In this document: in pieces, positions 27,039-40,999 of the stretch
Layout of the letters: every line of letters starts with the position of its first letter
Numbering within the stretch: position 1 is the first letter of the stretch
Source: Guillardia theta CCMP2712
Lineage: Eukaryota; Protista; Cryptophyta
Direction of reading: 5' to 3'
Length of the DNA stretch: 51,732 nt
NCBI RefSeq assembly: GCF_000315625.1
Contig: NW_005434651.1
Location: 92,205-143,936 of the forward strand
The notes under the pieces: generated by a model
The model's input: only the letters and a program-made list of their open reading frames with translations
What the model was told of the DNA's origin: nothing
Databases searched by the model: none
Position numbers and translations under genes: made by a program

Positions 27039-30000
27039 CTATGAAGAAGCCATCTTCCGCTTCACTCCTCTTCCTGCTCCTCGCTGCAGGTTTTCATGCC
27101 ACTCAGGCACAACATCTGGTTATCATCGAGGTATTAGGAGGAACAACAGGATGAGGACGGGGAGGGCGAGGAAGGGCGGGGGAGAGGCGGAAAGGTGGTG
27201 ATGGTGGGTTGCAGGATGAAAAGTGTCCCAAGGCTGAAGGGAATGAGACGGGGATGGAAAAGCAGGAGAAATGCGAGGAGGTTGGGGGCAAGGGAGCGAG
27301 CAAAGGGAAGGGAGAAGGAAAGAAGAGATTTGAAACTAAGGCGATGCTTTTACCGTGCTGCTCGTGATGGTAGTCGTAGAAAAGTTCGTCTCCTGCCTCC
27401 ACTCGTCGTTTCGCAAAGATGCCAATTCGATGATCCCCCTGCTTCTATATCACAGCAAGGCAGTGGATCAAGACTGACATACCCTGACAAGAAGGATCTT
27501 TGCAAAGCAATTTGGAGAATTGCTGTGATTCGCAAAGCGAGTCTTGTTTCCCTTTCTCATGGCATCCAAGACAGTCTAGCGAGAAAGGGCCATTTCAGCA
27601 GGCGGTCTAGAAGATAGAAACATGTCACCTGATTGTTAAGGTTGAAGATGTAGCCTGTTGAAAGCATCAGTGAAATACTTGCCTTCACTTCACGCGATCC
27701 ACTCACTCGAATTTCTCTTGTCGTAAATCTTTCCTCGCCTATCCGCTTCCTCCTGTGACATCTGCTCTCCCGTGTACTCCTGCCATCAGATTCGGATCAC
27801 ACTCTGGTCCTCGGACCGCGGGGAGCGACTCACTTGAATGAACTCGTTCTTCTCTACTGCATCTCGCACGAACACCCCCCATCCTTACCCCAGCTCGTCA
27901 GTTCCTCACTGCCATCAGAAAGCAGTACCGGCGACGTTGGAGCGGCCCATGAACAAGTGCTGATGTCTTCGAAGCTGCAGGTTCATGTTGGCGCAGAAGA
28001 GCTTGTCCTCATGCTTCTTGCTCCATGAAGATGGCGAGCTTGGTCCCACTCTCCCCGTCCTTACAGCAAGCGTGAGTCCTTGTCAAACGGCCTGCAGTCT
28101 CACTTGTCGTTTGCAACGTTCCCTTGCCCACCAGGGCTGTCGATGATGGGAGTGTTGACTTCTTGTGTGCCCGCAGATCTTGGGCAGTTAGATTCAGTTG
28201 CTGACGTCATCTCGTCGTCATAGCACCTGGGGGGGGACGGAGACCTCTCTGCTACTCTTTTGGTGAAAAGCCGAGGCGGCAGATGGCGATCAAACCTGAC
28301 TCATGCGATCAGAGGCGACAAGGGTCAGACCTTCCGAGGACATGCCTGTACTGCCAGGCTCTCTTGGGGTTGTGCTCGAATTCCGTCCCGTTGTTCTGAG
28401 AGTCGAAGTTCACGTTGTCTTGAAAAGTGACTTCGAAGTTTTGCAGCATTCCTGCCCGACAGGGGATGATTGTCAACGTCAGCAGCGTTGAGGAGGTTAA
28501 GAGAACCAGAGGATCCGCAGGAGCAAACGTCAGGATCGCATTCTCGGAAAGCATCCCAACAGGGACAGCCGACAGAACGGCACTCGGTCTTCCTGCAGCT
28601 GCATCCGGGAAAGCCGTTGGAGCAACCTCCGAGTGGGCCTGAACAAAGCAAATATTACAATGACAAGACGAGGAGAAATATCATCATGGCATAAAGAAGA
28701 GAAGGGCCGTCTAGGAGGACACGAAAAGGAATGCAAAGATTGATTGAGCAGGACGAGAGAAATTGCGAGGAGGGCAGAAGGAGGAAGGCAGAAGGAGGAA
28801 GGCAGAAGGAGCAGTTCACAACTAGACGAAAGCAACCTGCACACGAGCAGAACTTCTCGCAAAAGTTGTTGGCTTGAATGCATTCACACGTAGGACGGAC
28901 ACAAGGTCGTCCGTTGAGAGCACAAGTGCACGGCCGATACTCGTGCTTAACTCCAAGTCGTTCCTGCTTGCGGAGGATCGCTAGAGTGTGCTCCGCATTC
29001 TCCTTCACGTGCTTCCTTTTTGACGTGCCTCTAGATCGCGCTCCGAACGGTCGGTTGTAGTTAGACTGGCTGTGTGCCCCGGAGACATTCAGGAAACCCT
29101 CCTACATCGCATCTCAGCTCCTCACTGGTAGAAGAACTTCCTCTACTCACCCGAAGTGGTTCGAGGACCGCCATCTTCCTTGTCTGGATTTCAGAGGGCC
29201 GTGGAAGCTCCCGTACGTACTCCTCGATGTGCTCCCGCGGCCGTTCTCTCAGCTACCAAGGCAGCAAGTCAGCCAAGTCAGTTTAACACCAGTAAGAATT
29301 TGGAGACCAGCGCTGAGATCTGATCGATGTTTCCTTGGAAGATGCGATTGGCCTTATCGCAGATCTGTCGCTCACTGGGAGTCAGGCCCAACCTTTCTCC
29401 AACGGCTGCTGCTGTCTCCGAGGACAAGGCCTTGACCTTGGTTCAAGGTCAGATCAAATCAACGTAGGCCGCGGTGGCTGGTCTCACCGCGTTTGCCAAG
29501 ACTTGTGCTGGGAGAACCGCTGTGGTTGTCTTGCCGTTCTTGTTGTGCTGGACCGAGGGAGAGAGCTCCTCAGCAACGCTCCCGTCCCTCCCTTTCATAT
29601 CAGCCTCATCCTCTGAGAATTCTCCTTCCATGGCGTTCGACTCGTTGTCACCGTCCCTGTAATGCTTGTCTCCAGCCTTGACCTCGCTCCCGGCATTCTT
29701 CTCTTCGTCCAGATCTGCCTTGTTCTCCGTCCGTGAGATGCTCCCATTTACATCTGACCTCTCCGGCTGGCTGCAGAACCCCTGATCAGTGAAATCACCC
29801 ATCTTTGTTGGCTGGAGATTCTCAGAAGTGATTTCGTTCCCATCTACACTCAACTTTCTCCCGGAGTTTCCACCTTCTGTGTTGCCCTCGACGGACGGGG
29901 AGGGGGACACAGAATGGCCAAACTCAAGATTTGCAAGACCAGAAATGTTCCGAGAGGTATCAATCCCGGACTTCTCTCTCCTCTCCGATGGTACACCAGC

Positions 30001-32262
30001 AGGGCAATCCTGTATCGATGACTGTGGATGATAGATCCCATGAAAATCGCAATCATATTTGAAGCATCTCCTGCAGAACATAGCGGTGTACGTTTCCAGC
30101 CCTCGGCATTGGAGCTATTTGTACAGTGAGCATCAAAATCTCCAGAATGCCCTTCTTACCTTGTCGTCCTGCAGGTATTTCTCCTTCTTCTCTTGCTGCT
30201 GAGCTGCCTCCTTCGATTGCCCTTCATCCTCGAGCAATTTTGCGTGTCGTTCCCTCACATAGGATGTGCTACAAACAATGTCATGTGTAGTGGAGACTCG
30301 ACTGGTTGACCTTCGAGACAGCTTTTCTGCAAGCACCGTGACCAAGAACGGACAGATCTCAAACTTCTGAGTGGCCTCGAAGATGAGTCCATCATGCACT
30401 GGATGGTGACTTGAATACACGTCAGAGAAACTCGAGTTTCATGCACCGCTACTTACTCTTCTTCACGTGTTGCATCGATCTCATACAAGGTAATGTCGAT
30501 GCCTTCTCTATCGTCATCTGAGGGATTGTCAATGAGGTCAGCGTACATGCACATTTCTGAACCTGTAAAATATGGAATAACACGCAGCACGGGATCGTCT
30601 TCCACTGAAGTGTTCTTGATGATAGCTGTCCAAGACATGTGGGGGGGAAGTTCTTCGACCGCATGCACATTTTGCGGAGCGAGTTCAGCGTAATGTTTGG
30701 TTCCTATCGCACCCTGCAGTTGATGATCTCAATACTCCAGCATCGTGTTATGAATGTCTTGCCTGATGAATGATGTAGCTTGACTTGTTTTGAGAGGGAG
30801 TCGGCTTCTTCAGGGGCAAACATCTGCTTGAAAATGATCTGATTTCTGCACCATCACCTTCACTGAAAGCATCGTCACGGAATGGCAAGGAAAACTCATT
30901 GTGAACTACTTGTAAAGAATAACTGCAAATTCCAGTTGTGATACATCCTGTAGATTCCTGTGAGAAGAGCAATTCAAGTATCACATGGCCATTTTACCTC
31001 ATTGTCCACATTGATTTCACACACATACTTCCCGTTACGATACAGCGCAAGATTCGTCCCTTTGTTCACTTCCAGCTCCAGATTGATTCTATCCCCTTGC
31101 TGCAACGAGCAGAAAGGACCAAAACTAAAACAATCCAAAGTCAAGGCAGCGCACAAGAGACATTGAATCATCGATGGGGTCCCATCTCCGTCATATCAAG
31201 AGGATACAGATAATCTCTCACAAGTTCGCTTCATTCTTGACCCAATGGTACGCTTTTGCTGGAGCTTCAAATTTGCCTATCTTCCCAGATTTTCCTTCAA
31301 AGAACCAGCCCATAGAACTGCAGGACAGTCATTTTAGTTTGCAAGACAACATCTCAGATCCCTCACCCGTCTTTTCTCATACAACCAAAATCAATTTCTC
31401 CCGTCGAGTCACGTGCCAAGTTAAATGAAATGTTGTTGCAGATTCCACCCAGGGAGGCCTGTCTGGAACTTCAAACTTGAAGGTGTACGCAAGGGTTGAG
31501 CAGGGCTCAGCAGACCTTCACAGGAACTGTATGTGTCCCATCAACAAGAGCATGCACATGAATCCCGTCAGGCGAGACGCGGATCAGTTGTTTTTCGTCG
31601 CAATCTTCAGAGTCTCCTGCTCCTCCGGAATCGCTCACAGCAGATATACAAACTGCATCCTCTGAAAAAGCTGCTGCGTAGGAACGACGTAATTCTTTCT
31701 CTGTTGAGAGACGAATGAGTATCAGCGATTCAACAATGCCGATGAAGCATCATGGTAAACAACAGGAAGATATGCATCACCGTGACCGCTGAGTCCCCTC
31801 TCGACTTTTGCTGCTTTGCATTCTCGGAGAAGCGAATCTATCTTACTTTTGTTCTCAAACATCCTGAAAACAATCTTACCAAGAGCCTCCAAATGATGAA
31901 CATCGAAGGAAAGGGGGGACAAGGAAGAAAAGACTGAGGACTCACTTCGTCTCAAGCATGGTGACATGCTCAGCATGAAGACGCGCGTGACATTCTTCGA
32001 TGAACTAGGGGAGGTCAGCCATAATGCTCTGAATCTGATCAAGTGATACCTTGTGGATCTCAAATTTCTGCTCATCTGTCACGGTACACACGTTCGACCC
32101 GTTTTCCTCCATCTTCTCCTTTATCCCCAAGTCCGGACTCGGTTCAGAATCTTGTGTCGCCACTTTGATAACGCAACATCATAAAAGAACATGTTATGAA
32201 AGAAGACACATCTCGTGCGTACCGTTCACATTCTCAGTAGAAATTTCCATTTTGTCGTCCAT
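27039..32262 (-). CDS. EZH2: Enhancer of zeste / EZH2-like histone H3K27 methyltransferase (PRC2 catalytic subunit) with inserted SPRY-like domain
   Basis: SAL/SRM: [31 protein letters not shown]: [17 protein letters not shown]: YRPC...CEKFCSC...FPGCSC...CPC...[11 protein letters not shown]: [45 protein letters not shown]...GDELFYDY. Confidence 0.95.
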
Positions 32263-33011
32263 CTATGGATGAAGCCTCAGCTCTTCTTGTCAGGCTCGAT
32301 GTTTCATTCCGCCGTGCTTGGGAAGCACTCACTCCCCTACAACAAGCAACATCAGTACAATCTATCATCAGAACAATCGATCATGCATCATTTGTCATAT
32401 CCCTGTCATTTATGAACTCAGAATCCTTGGTCGTCGTCTCCTAGGTCCGTCGTCTCCTCGTCACCACAACTCATGCTTCGCGCAGTTTGTAGGATCTGAC
32501 CGATCCGACCCGATTTTTGGTTGTCTCTTACCATCAACAATACCCTCATTCTTTCACTTCATGTTGGTCAACCACTATCAAGATGAACTATTCATTTGCC
32601 ATGATTTACCCTGCATCTCTATCTACCTTCTCCTCCTTCATCACCCCATGATGTCTGTAATACTCCAGACCGCATGCGCGCAGTCATGAAAGGACTCCAT
32701 GTTCCCCTCACCTTCCTTGTCCCTGCCTCCCTGTATCCACACCTCATCTTCCTCTCCTTCTCCTCTTCCTCCTTCCATCCCCTGCCTGCTCCCCTCCTCC
32801 CTCTCTTGCGCATCCCCCGCCATTTCTCTGCTACCTTCCCGCCATTTCCCCATCATCCAATGGTAGAGGTATCACCCCTCCAAATACGGAAAATTGGTAT
32901 ATCAAAAGTAGGGTGGGGTGGACCGACGAGATGTCACAATCGAGGCAGATCATGTTCGTGTTGCGTGGAGATGAACACCAGGAGGTTTGCAAACCATCTC
33001 GCGCTTGCAAG

Positions 33012-33083
33012 TGTTGGTGATGTAGATGTGATTGATCTGATGTTGGTAATGTAGATGTGATTGATCTGATGTTGGTGATGTAC
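33012..33083. repeat. 29-bp tandem repeat (~2.5 copies)
   Basis: TGTTGGTGATGTAGATGTGATTGATCTGA repeated with one mismatch. Confidence 0.85.
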
Positions 33084-34231
33084 ATCCGAGTTTCTTCGAT
33101 GTATACCCTGCCATGAACACCGCGGTTCTTGTTTTGCCTTCCCTCGCTGAACGTGATTTCTTCTGCCCTGCTGTTCACTACACCACTCATCGAGACCTCG
33201 ATTATCAAGGCAAGACTGACTAGACCCAAAGACAAACTTTAATTGCTCATATTCACAATCTCAGCAAGACAAGGCAGATTTCTCTGGCGATTTATCCTCC
33301 CTGCAGCATCACAAGGGCTGCGTATCCGCTCTCTGATCGCCCTCTCCCTCATGGTGCAATTCCGTCTCATAATCACCTCAAGGGCGTCACTCTATCGCTG
33401 CTGCTGTCTTCGTCTCTCCTCTCACAAGCTCTCACTCACATCCCTGTCGGCATCGATGCTGATTCCCTAGCATCGAGGAATGAAGCATGAAGCATGGGCG
33501 AGCACCGGCCATGAGGCTCTACTGCCGATCGCTGGTCCTTAGGCCGCTGGCTGCTGTCAAAAGATTGCTTCAACCGGCTGAACAAACTGAACACAACACA
33601 ACCTGGGATGCGGTCCAAGCGGTCCATGCTGGGACCTCCTCTTTTCAATGTCTTTGAAATGGATTCAGCGACACATTCGACCAGCATACACAACTCCCGC
33701 ACAGCAGAAACGGCAAAGACTGCTATGACATCCTCCTCTATACCATCTGTTCATGGTTGGGATGTTGGTTCCAGCTGGTAACGATTCCTCCTCCTTTCCT
33801 CGCCTCGCTCGATGGACGATCTCGGCGTGCAACTTCTCCGTCCCCTCGTTCTTACAGCCGACGGCTCTCCTCGCTCCTGCATGTCATGTTGCAGCCTTCG
33901 TCCTCTTGAGCGATGGTCGCTACCTGTGCGTCAGCTCAGCATGGCAGACGGCAGATATGTAGGAGAGTAGGAGGGGTCCAGGAAGCTTGGATATAGTGGA
34001 GGATTGGGGGTGGGGGTGGATTGGGGACTAAAACTATCTGGTTGCACGGCGTTGCCCGAATACTACCAAAAAAAATCCACAACTTTCCAAAACCAGGTGG
34101 TCACTCGACTTTTACTGGGAGCAGGAGGAGGAGCAGGAGGAGCAGGAGGAGCAGGAGGAGCAGGAGCAGGAGCAAGAGGAGCAGAAGCAGGAGCAAGGGG
34201 AGCAGAAGCAGGAGCACGAGCAGGCGCAGTG

Positions 34232-35485
34232 ATGCACCTTCTCCTCTTCTCCCTTTTTCTCCTCTTGCCGCATGCAGTTTCCTTGACAATAGATGGGAGC
34301 GTGTTGGCAAGAGAGGACGGAATAGGCATGCATGACCCTGCGAGGGCCGACAAGCTTCATTTCCTTGGAAGATTCTGCTTCTCCAACACTGGATCAGGCA
34401 TGGGAACCGTCACGATGACTGCCAACGTGGCGAGAGGAGGAGGCGGAACCAACGTGGTGCTCGTGGACGACACGAGATGGGCAGATCTGTGGAGGCAGAG
34501 GGAGATAATCGGCTGCACGCAAGCGCTGGGTGCCATGTCGGGGCAGGGAGCGTTCCTGTGGACCACGGACCTGCCGGAGGGGAAGAGCGCGAGAGTGCTC
34601 TCAGTAGAGGACAACGTGAGGCCCCATTACTGGTACGCTGCTGCCATGAACTGCAAGGGCCCGATGGACTTCACCTACAGCATCCGGTTCGTCCAACCTG
34701 ACGGCACTCTCCTCTCCTTCGATGACGTGGGTGTGATGACAGCCTACGAGATGTTGCTCGTCCTCCTCCTCGTCCTTCTCTTCCTCCACGGGTTTGCTCA
34801 TAACTGGAATCTACCGTACATGTACGGAGTGACAGTCCTGACCACCATCGTCCTCCTCTCGCTCTCGCTGGCCTGCGTGCTGAAGATCCTCCACATCTTT
34901 CTGATGAGCCAGGATGGGAGGGGTTCGCCGTTCCTGAGTGCAGTCGGGGACCTCTGTCATGCCAGTGCCCAGCTGTTCCTCTGCTCGATTTTCCTGCTGG
35001 TCAGCAACGGCTGGGGTGCCCTGTCTCCGGTCCTTAGGAGGGAGCACAGACGGCACATCCTCCTCCTCCTCCTCCTCTTTGTTGTCTTCCACGTCTACTT
35101 CCTGCTCAACGACTGGTTCTTCCTCGATCACGCCTCAGCCACGTATGCGTACGAGTCTCTTCCTGGCTTCCTGGTGGTGGCGCTGCAAGTTGCGTCTCTT
35201 GCCTTCTTCGGCTTCAGGCTGAGAGAAACGATGAACACGCTGGAGGGCGGCGAGAAGAAGCGCTTCCTGCTCCTCTTCGGCTGCCTCGCCTGCGTCTGGT
35301 TCATCCTAGTCCCAGTCGCCGTCCTCATCGCGACCCTCCTCGACCCTTACGTGAGGGCCAAGAGCGTCGCGATCATGAGGCTAGTCATCGACGGCTCCAC
35401 CGTCACCGTCCTGGTCTGGCTCGTCATGCCCAGCAGGTAACGAGGGAGGAGAGGAGGAGGAGGGGGAGGAGGAGGAGGAGGAGGA

Positions 35486-35516
<31 letters not shown>

Positions 35517-36088
35517 GCCACGAGTAGGCGAAGGGAGAAGAACGATAGTGGTGATGGATGAAACAATTGAGAAGGGGAGGGTCTAGAGGAAAGAGGTTGC
35601 AACGAGGAGACAATGGAGGAGTCGAGCTGAAGGTTTTACAGGTTGGACAAGTACTTCCAGCAGGCGAGGTGAACCTCCGCCTCTCCTCCTCCTCGCCTCT
35701 CCTCCTCTCCTCTCCTCTCCTCTCCTCTCCTCCACCTCCGCCTCTTCTCTCCTCTCCTCTCCTCTCCTCTCCTCTCCTCTCCTCTCTTCTCCTCTCCTCT
35801 CCTCTCCTCTCCTCTCCTCTCCTCTCCTCTCCTCTCCTCTCCTCTCCCAATTATGTTGTGATTGGGTTTTTTTTGATTTTATGATTTCTTAGTGTGGAAT
35901 GTTTCTTATTATCTCTACCTCTTCCTCCTCTTCCAACTCCTGTCTCCCGTCTTCGTCTGCAATCATCCAGCCCTCCTCGTCTTCTCACTCCGTACTCCCA
36001 CTCTCCTCGTGGTCCTGCTAACTTGTTCAGGCTCAGTTTGCCCTCCTGGTCCGACGTGGCAGAATCGGCACCCTACGAAGATTTATGA
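34232..36088 (+). CDS. GPR180/TMEM145-family (GOLD-like ectodomain + 7TM) protein
   Basis: Signal MHLLLFSLFLLL; FLGRFCF; RPHYWYAAAMNC; LSFD; YAYESLPG; seven hydrophobic segments; two small terminal exons (LDKYFQQA, LSLPSW...YEDL*). Confidence 0.85.
35680..35847. repeat. (CTCTC/CCTCT)n intronic pyrimidine repeat
   Basis: Seen directly. Confidence 0.9.
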
Positions 36089-36477
36089 AGGAGGAGAAGG
36101 CGGGCAGATGGAGCTGGAGGGAGGAGGAAGGGAAGGGAAGATGAGGGGGAAGAAGGAGAAGAGAGAGCTAAGGGCGGAGCAGCGGGACAGGTGTATGGAG
36201 AGCATGATTCAAAGGTTTTCTTCCTTTATCGTTGTGTGGGGGGAGGGTGGGGGGCTGGAGACGGAAGGGAGGGGAGGGGGAGGAGGAGAGCGGAGTGAGA
36301 GGAGTTAGGGGAGGAAGTCAGGAGAATGGGGAAGAAGGCAAGTGACAGTGAGATACGATAATTACCCAAATTAACAAACATCAATGATAAATTTCTATAA
36401 GATGGACAGCAGGAGAGGGATCAGGAGGAGGAGGAGGAGGAGGAGGAGGAGGAGGAGAAATTTTTCCCTCCCCTTTT

Positions 36478-37240
36478 CTATGAGTCGCTATCGCTCCACA
36501 GCGCCTGACGCTTCTGCCGTCTATTTTTGTTGCCCTGCTTACATTGGGTTAGGGGAGAAACATGCAAAGAAGGCAAGTAAGGAAGAGGAGGAGAAGGAGG
36601 ACGACGACGACGACGAGGAGGAGGAGGAGGAGTAGGGAGATGGTAGCAGGATAGGAGGAGGTCAGGGAAATGCATCCGGAAAATTGATCGGTAATGAAAC
36701 TTGCTACCTTTCTTGAAACCGTCCCTGCATTTTGAATGTCATGCCTGAAACTTTCAAGTCAGGACCAGGAATTCCAACACTTCCCTCCACATTCTCCTCC
36801 TCCCCTCCAATATTACTCCCACTCTCTCTCATGAATCTGTCTTACTCTCCTTACTCTTGCCCCCCCCTCCCTTTCTGTTTCCCGTCTCCTCTTCCTGTCT
36901 TTGTTCGTTGGCTTCGCCCACCTTCCATTGGTCGAGGGTTTCGCTGCTAGAGGAACGTCGATGCTGCTAGAGTGAAGGTCAAGATACAGCATGAAGACGA
37001 ACTTATCAAAGAAAAGAAGGGGAGGAGGAGGAGGAGGAGGAGGAGGAGGAAGAAGAGGAGGAGGAGGAGGCTTACCTTGGTATGACGTCAACGTCTGGAG
37101 GTATTGGAAGCTTGTCATCCTGCAGATGAATGAGTGCATATCCAAGCAAGATGGAACGAGGAGGAGGAGGAGGAGGAGGAGGAGGAGGAGGAGGAGGAGG
37201 AGGAGGAGGAGGAGGAGGAGGAGGAGGAGGAGGAGGAGGA

Positions 37241-37278
<38 letters not shown>

Positions 37279-39805
37279 GGTACCTCAGCTAGTATCAGCA
37301 AGCGTGCCTCCTTCACCAGAGACTCCTCTTCCTCGGACGAGTCCGAGTCCTCAACCTCTATGGAGGAAGCGAACGGGTTTGTAGGAGCCGACTGAGAGGC
37401 GAGCAGCCCCCTGAGATCTCGATGGGGGTAGGAAGAGGTTGTATGGGCTGCGCCGTTGTTTTCCCTCCCTCCTGCTCGGGAGGAGGAGGAGGACTGAGGT
37501 TTTCGTGTATGAGCCTGCATCTTGGTTCTTGACTTGTCGTGAGAGATCTTCCAGAGCCATTCGTCGTCGCTGTCTTCCTCCTCTTCCTCCTCCTCGTGCT
37601 CCTTGTTGCCTTCAGAACAAGCGTCAGGTTCACATGAGAGTGTTTCAGCGAGCCTGAGGTGTGTGGAACCTGTCTGAAGTTTCTTCACTCCATCGATCAG
37701 CTCCATCACAGTCTTCCACGCGACCGACAGCGGAGGCTCGTCGCTCTCCACCATCATCTCCCACAACTTAGTAACCAGGTCCTGTGATGACGTCACCGTC
37801 AGGCGCTAGCAGACGCTTGGGAGGGGCGGGAGGAGAGAGAGCCAACCTTGGAGGGAGACAGGGAGCTGTTGTGCGCGTCCTTCATGGCATTTTGTGAAGC
37901 CATCGAAGGAGTGAAAATATCGAGAAAGACATCCCAGACCAGCGCAGAACCTGAGAAGCAGAAAATGAGGGCAACTGAAGCGAGTGAGAGGAGAGGGGGA
38001 GGCGGGAACAAGATCAAGGAAGATTGGTTCTTCAGCGAGACAACGCAAGGGAAAGAAAGATTCTTATGAGTGTGAGAGGTTTGATGTGAAATCATCATGA
38101 GAGAGGATGAAACGAGAAAGCGGATAGTGTGAAAGCGCTTGCAACATCCTCAATCCAGGTCACACGAATTCCAATGAACATCCACGAGCTTGAAATCAGC
38201 CCAACAAATTCAAAACAAGCTCGACAGCTTCAGATCGATGGGATGAAAAAACATCTGGACCTGGAGGTATTTGCCTTCCCCACAATCGCTCGAGAATGAT
38301 GAGGTCCCACTCGTTCCCGAGGAGGCTACAACACAGCTCACGGCACCTCTCCCTCTTCACGTCCTCATCCTGCTTCTGCTTGATCCTCTGCAAGGGAGCG
38401 CTCAGATGCCTGCCGGAGCTCGTCGACCCGAGCAAGGAGAGCGAGACGTTTGTCTGAGGACGCGGAGTAGCTTCCTCAGTCTTCCTTGACCTCCTCTGCT
38501 TTCCTCCCGGCAGCTTCCCCGCCCTGCTCCCTTCGTCCGCCCTCAACCCTCTCACCCACTGGGAGACCGGATCCTTGTAGATACCAATCGAATCACTGGA
38601 CAAGTCGCTCAGCGATCTCGATACTTGGGAGGCCTCGACGGCAGACCGCTTCGACGGCCCCTCAAGTCTCTCCCCGGCCCATCTTGGTCCAGCATGGTTG
38701 TCCTCCTGTCCTCCTCCTGCTCTAAAGATCCTCTTGTGCAGGCGTGACAGCTCCTCCTCTGAGATTGCATGCTTCTCCTTCAGCAGCCTGATCATCTCCC
38801 ACAATTTCTCTATCTCAACCCTCTGCTTCCCCATCGCCTCCCGTGTCTGCTCGTTCTTCCTCATGAGCACGTTGATCGTCGCCTCCAAACTTTCCTTCCT
38901 CCTCTGCATCTCCTCCTTCTCCTCGTAGCTCTGCAAGTGAGCCTCAGCCTGCTCTCTGATGTCCTTGGTCTGCTGCAGCAGCAGGCGTTTCCTTCCGCAG
39001 CCCGAGCGAGGGCACTACACAGCTTCTCCCGCTCCTCCTCCAGCAGGTCCTGCTCCTTCTGCATCTCGCTTCTGATCTGTTCGCAGTCATTCTGCACCCT
39101 CACAACCTCTGCTTCAAAGAAATCTTTCTGCCTCTTGAGCGTTGAGAACTCTTCGTTGACGTTCTGAATGATGCGCTCGAGCTTCTTCTCCACGAAGTCA
39201 AGCCGCACGTTTGCGTTCTGCAGCTCGAAGCTGCTCTCGCACGCTTGTTCCTCCTTGCTTGCAATGCTTTCTTTCAGCGCGATCAGCTCTTCTTCAGCGG
39301 CTGCAAGCTTCAGGTTCCTTGCTTTCAACGTAGCAATTTCCTCCAACAAGGAATTGACCTTACCTTGCCATTCATTCCTCTCATCGATGATCTCGTCCAT
39401 GACCTCGTCCCTCACTTTATCCTTCATCTCCATGTTGCTCCTCAGCAGCTGGTTCCTCTCCTTCTCCATCTCCTTCAGCTTGCTCTTCAGGATCTTGCAC
39501 TCATGCATTTGCTCCTCCTTCTCCCTCTTCATCGCTTCCACCTTCGTCCTCTCCTTGCTCATCATCCGGTTGGCTGCCGAGATTATGGCCGACATTCGAG
39601 AAGCGATCTCAGTCGGATCTCCTCGCAGGAGAGGAGAGGAGGGGTCAAGACCCTTCACCAGGATCTCCTCCGCCTCCTCTCCCGTCAGGCCCTCCTGGCT
39701 CGAGCTTCGACTAGCTTGTTTCATGAACCAATCTTTCCTGCTGTAACTGGCGTCTACTGCGATCCCATTCGTGGATCCAGTAAGAAAGTCCGAGTCCACT
39801 TCCAT
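36478..39805 (-). CDS. Multi-exon long coiled-coil hypothetical protein (3' part may be a separate gene)
   Basis: ORFs 38861-39805, 38196-38936 and 36813-37796 lie on the same strand, with E/K/L heptads and splice-compatible junctions. Confidence 0.65.
37158..37277. repeat. (GGA)n-(GCA)n intronic microsatellite
   Basis: Seen directly. Confidence 0.95.
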
Positions 39806-40411
39806 CCTTCCTTAGCCCATGGCAAACCTGTACAGGAGTGCCTCAGAACATTCTATCATTTCGCACCTCCAAGAATCTCTAGACTCCAATCCTCTCAGAA
39901 CAGAAGTCTTCTTCATCAAGTCTTATCATACACATCCATTATCGACCACGCCTGTCTGCCCTCTTCCTACTCATTCGCCTTCATCTGCCACTAGGCCGGA
40001 CTCTCCTCTTCAATCTCAACCAAACTTAGTGAGCTTGTGCTACCCGGCAGCTCAGTTTCCGATGCTCTACCCTCACCTACCGCCTTCATCTGATCACAGT
40101 GATCAAAATCGCCTCCTCCTCCTCCTCCTCCGCCCCCTCCTCCCATCCCTTCCCCTGCTCCCGCCGCTCTCATTCGGCAAAACCCAATCATCGCGCCCCT
40201 CGTTCTAACTCCCTCCAACATCCCACCCCCTCAAAGACCTGGAATAGTACCCGTCCCTGGATACCAAAAAAAAGTTCAAGGTTCTTTTCTTTCTTTTTCA
40301 AACTTTTTGCTTTCAAAAAAAACTTTCTTTCTTTCTTTTTTGTTGCGTCGAAGTTTGTGGCAACAGTAGGCGGGAAGTATGGCCGAGATCGACATCTTCA
40401 GAGGGTGAGAT

Positions 40412-40850
<439 letters not shown>

Positions 40851-40999
40851 AGGAGGAGGAAGAGAGGGCAGAAAGAATAGTACTTTTTTAGCTGTCTTGG
40901 TGTTGATATAGATACAAGAAGATAAACTTGAAAACTCTAGACAAAATGGCTCAATTCATCTCTCTTTGACATTCATCTCTCGCTTTTGTCTCCAACCGG

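Noticed and set aside
27370-27395. ELFYDY rather than human ELFFDY in the SET domain as altered product specificity
   Set aside because: Plant E(z) homologues carry the same ELFYDY, so it is not unusual.
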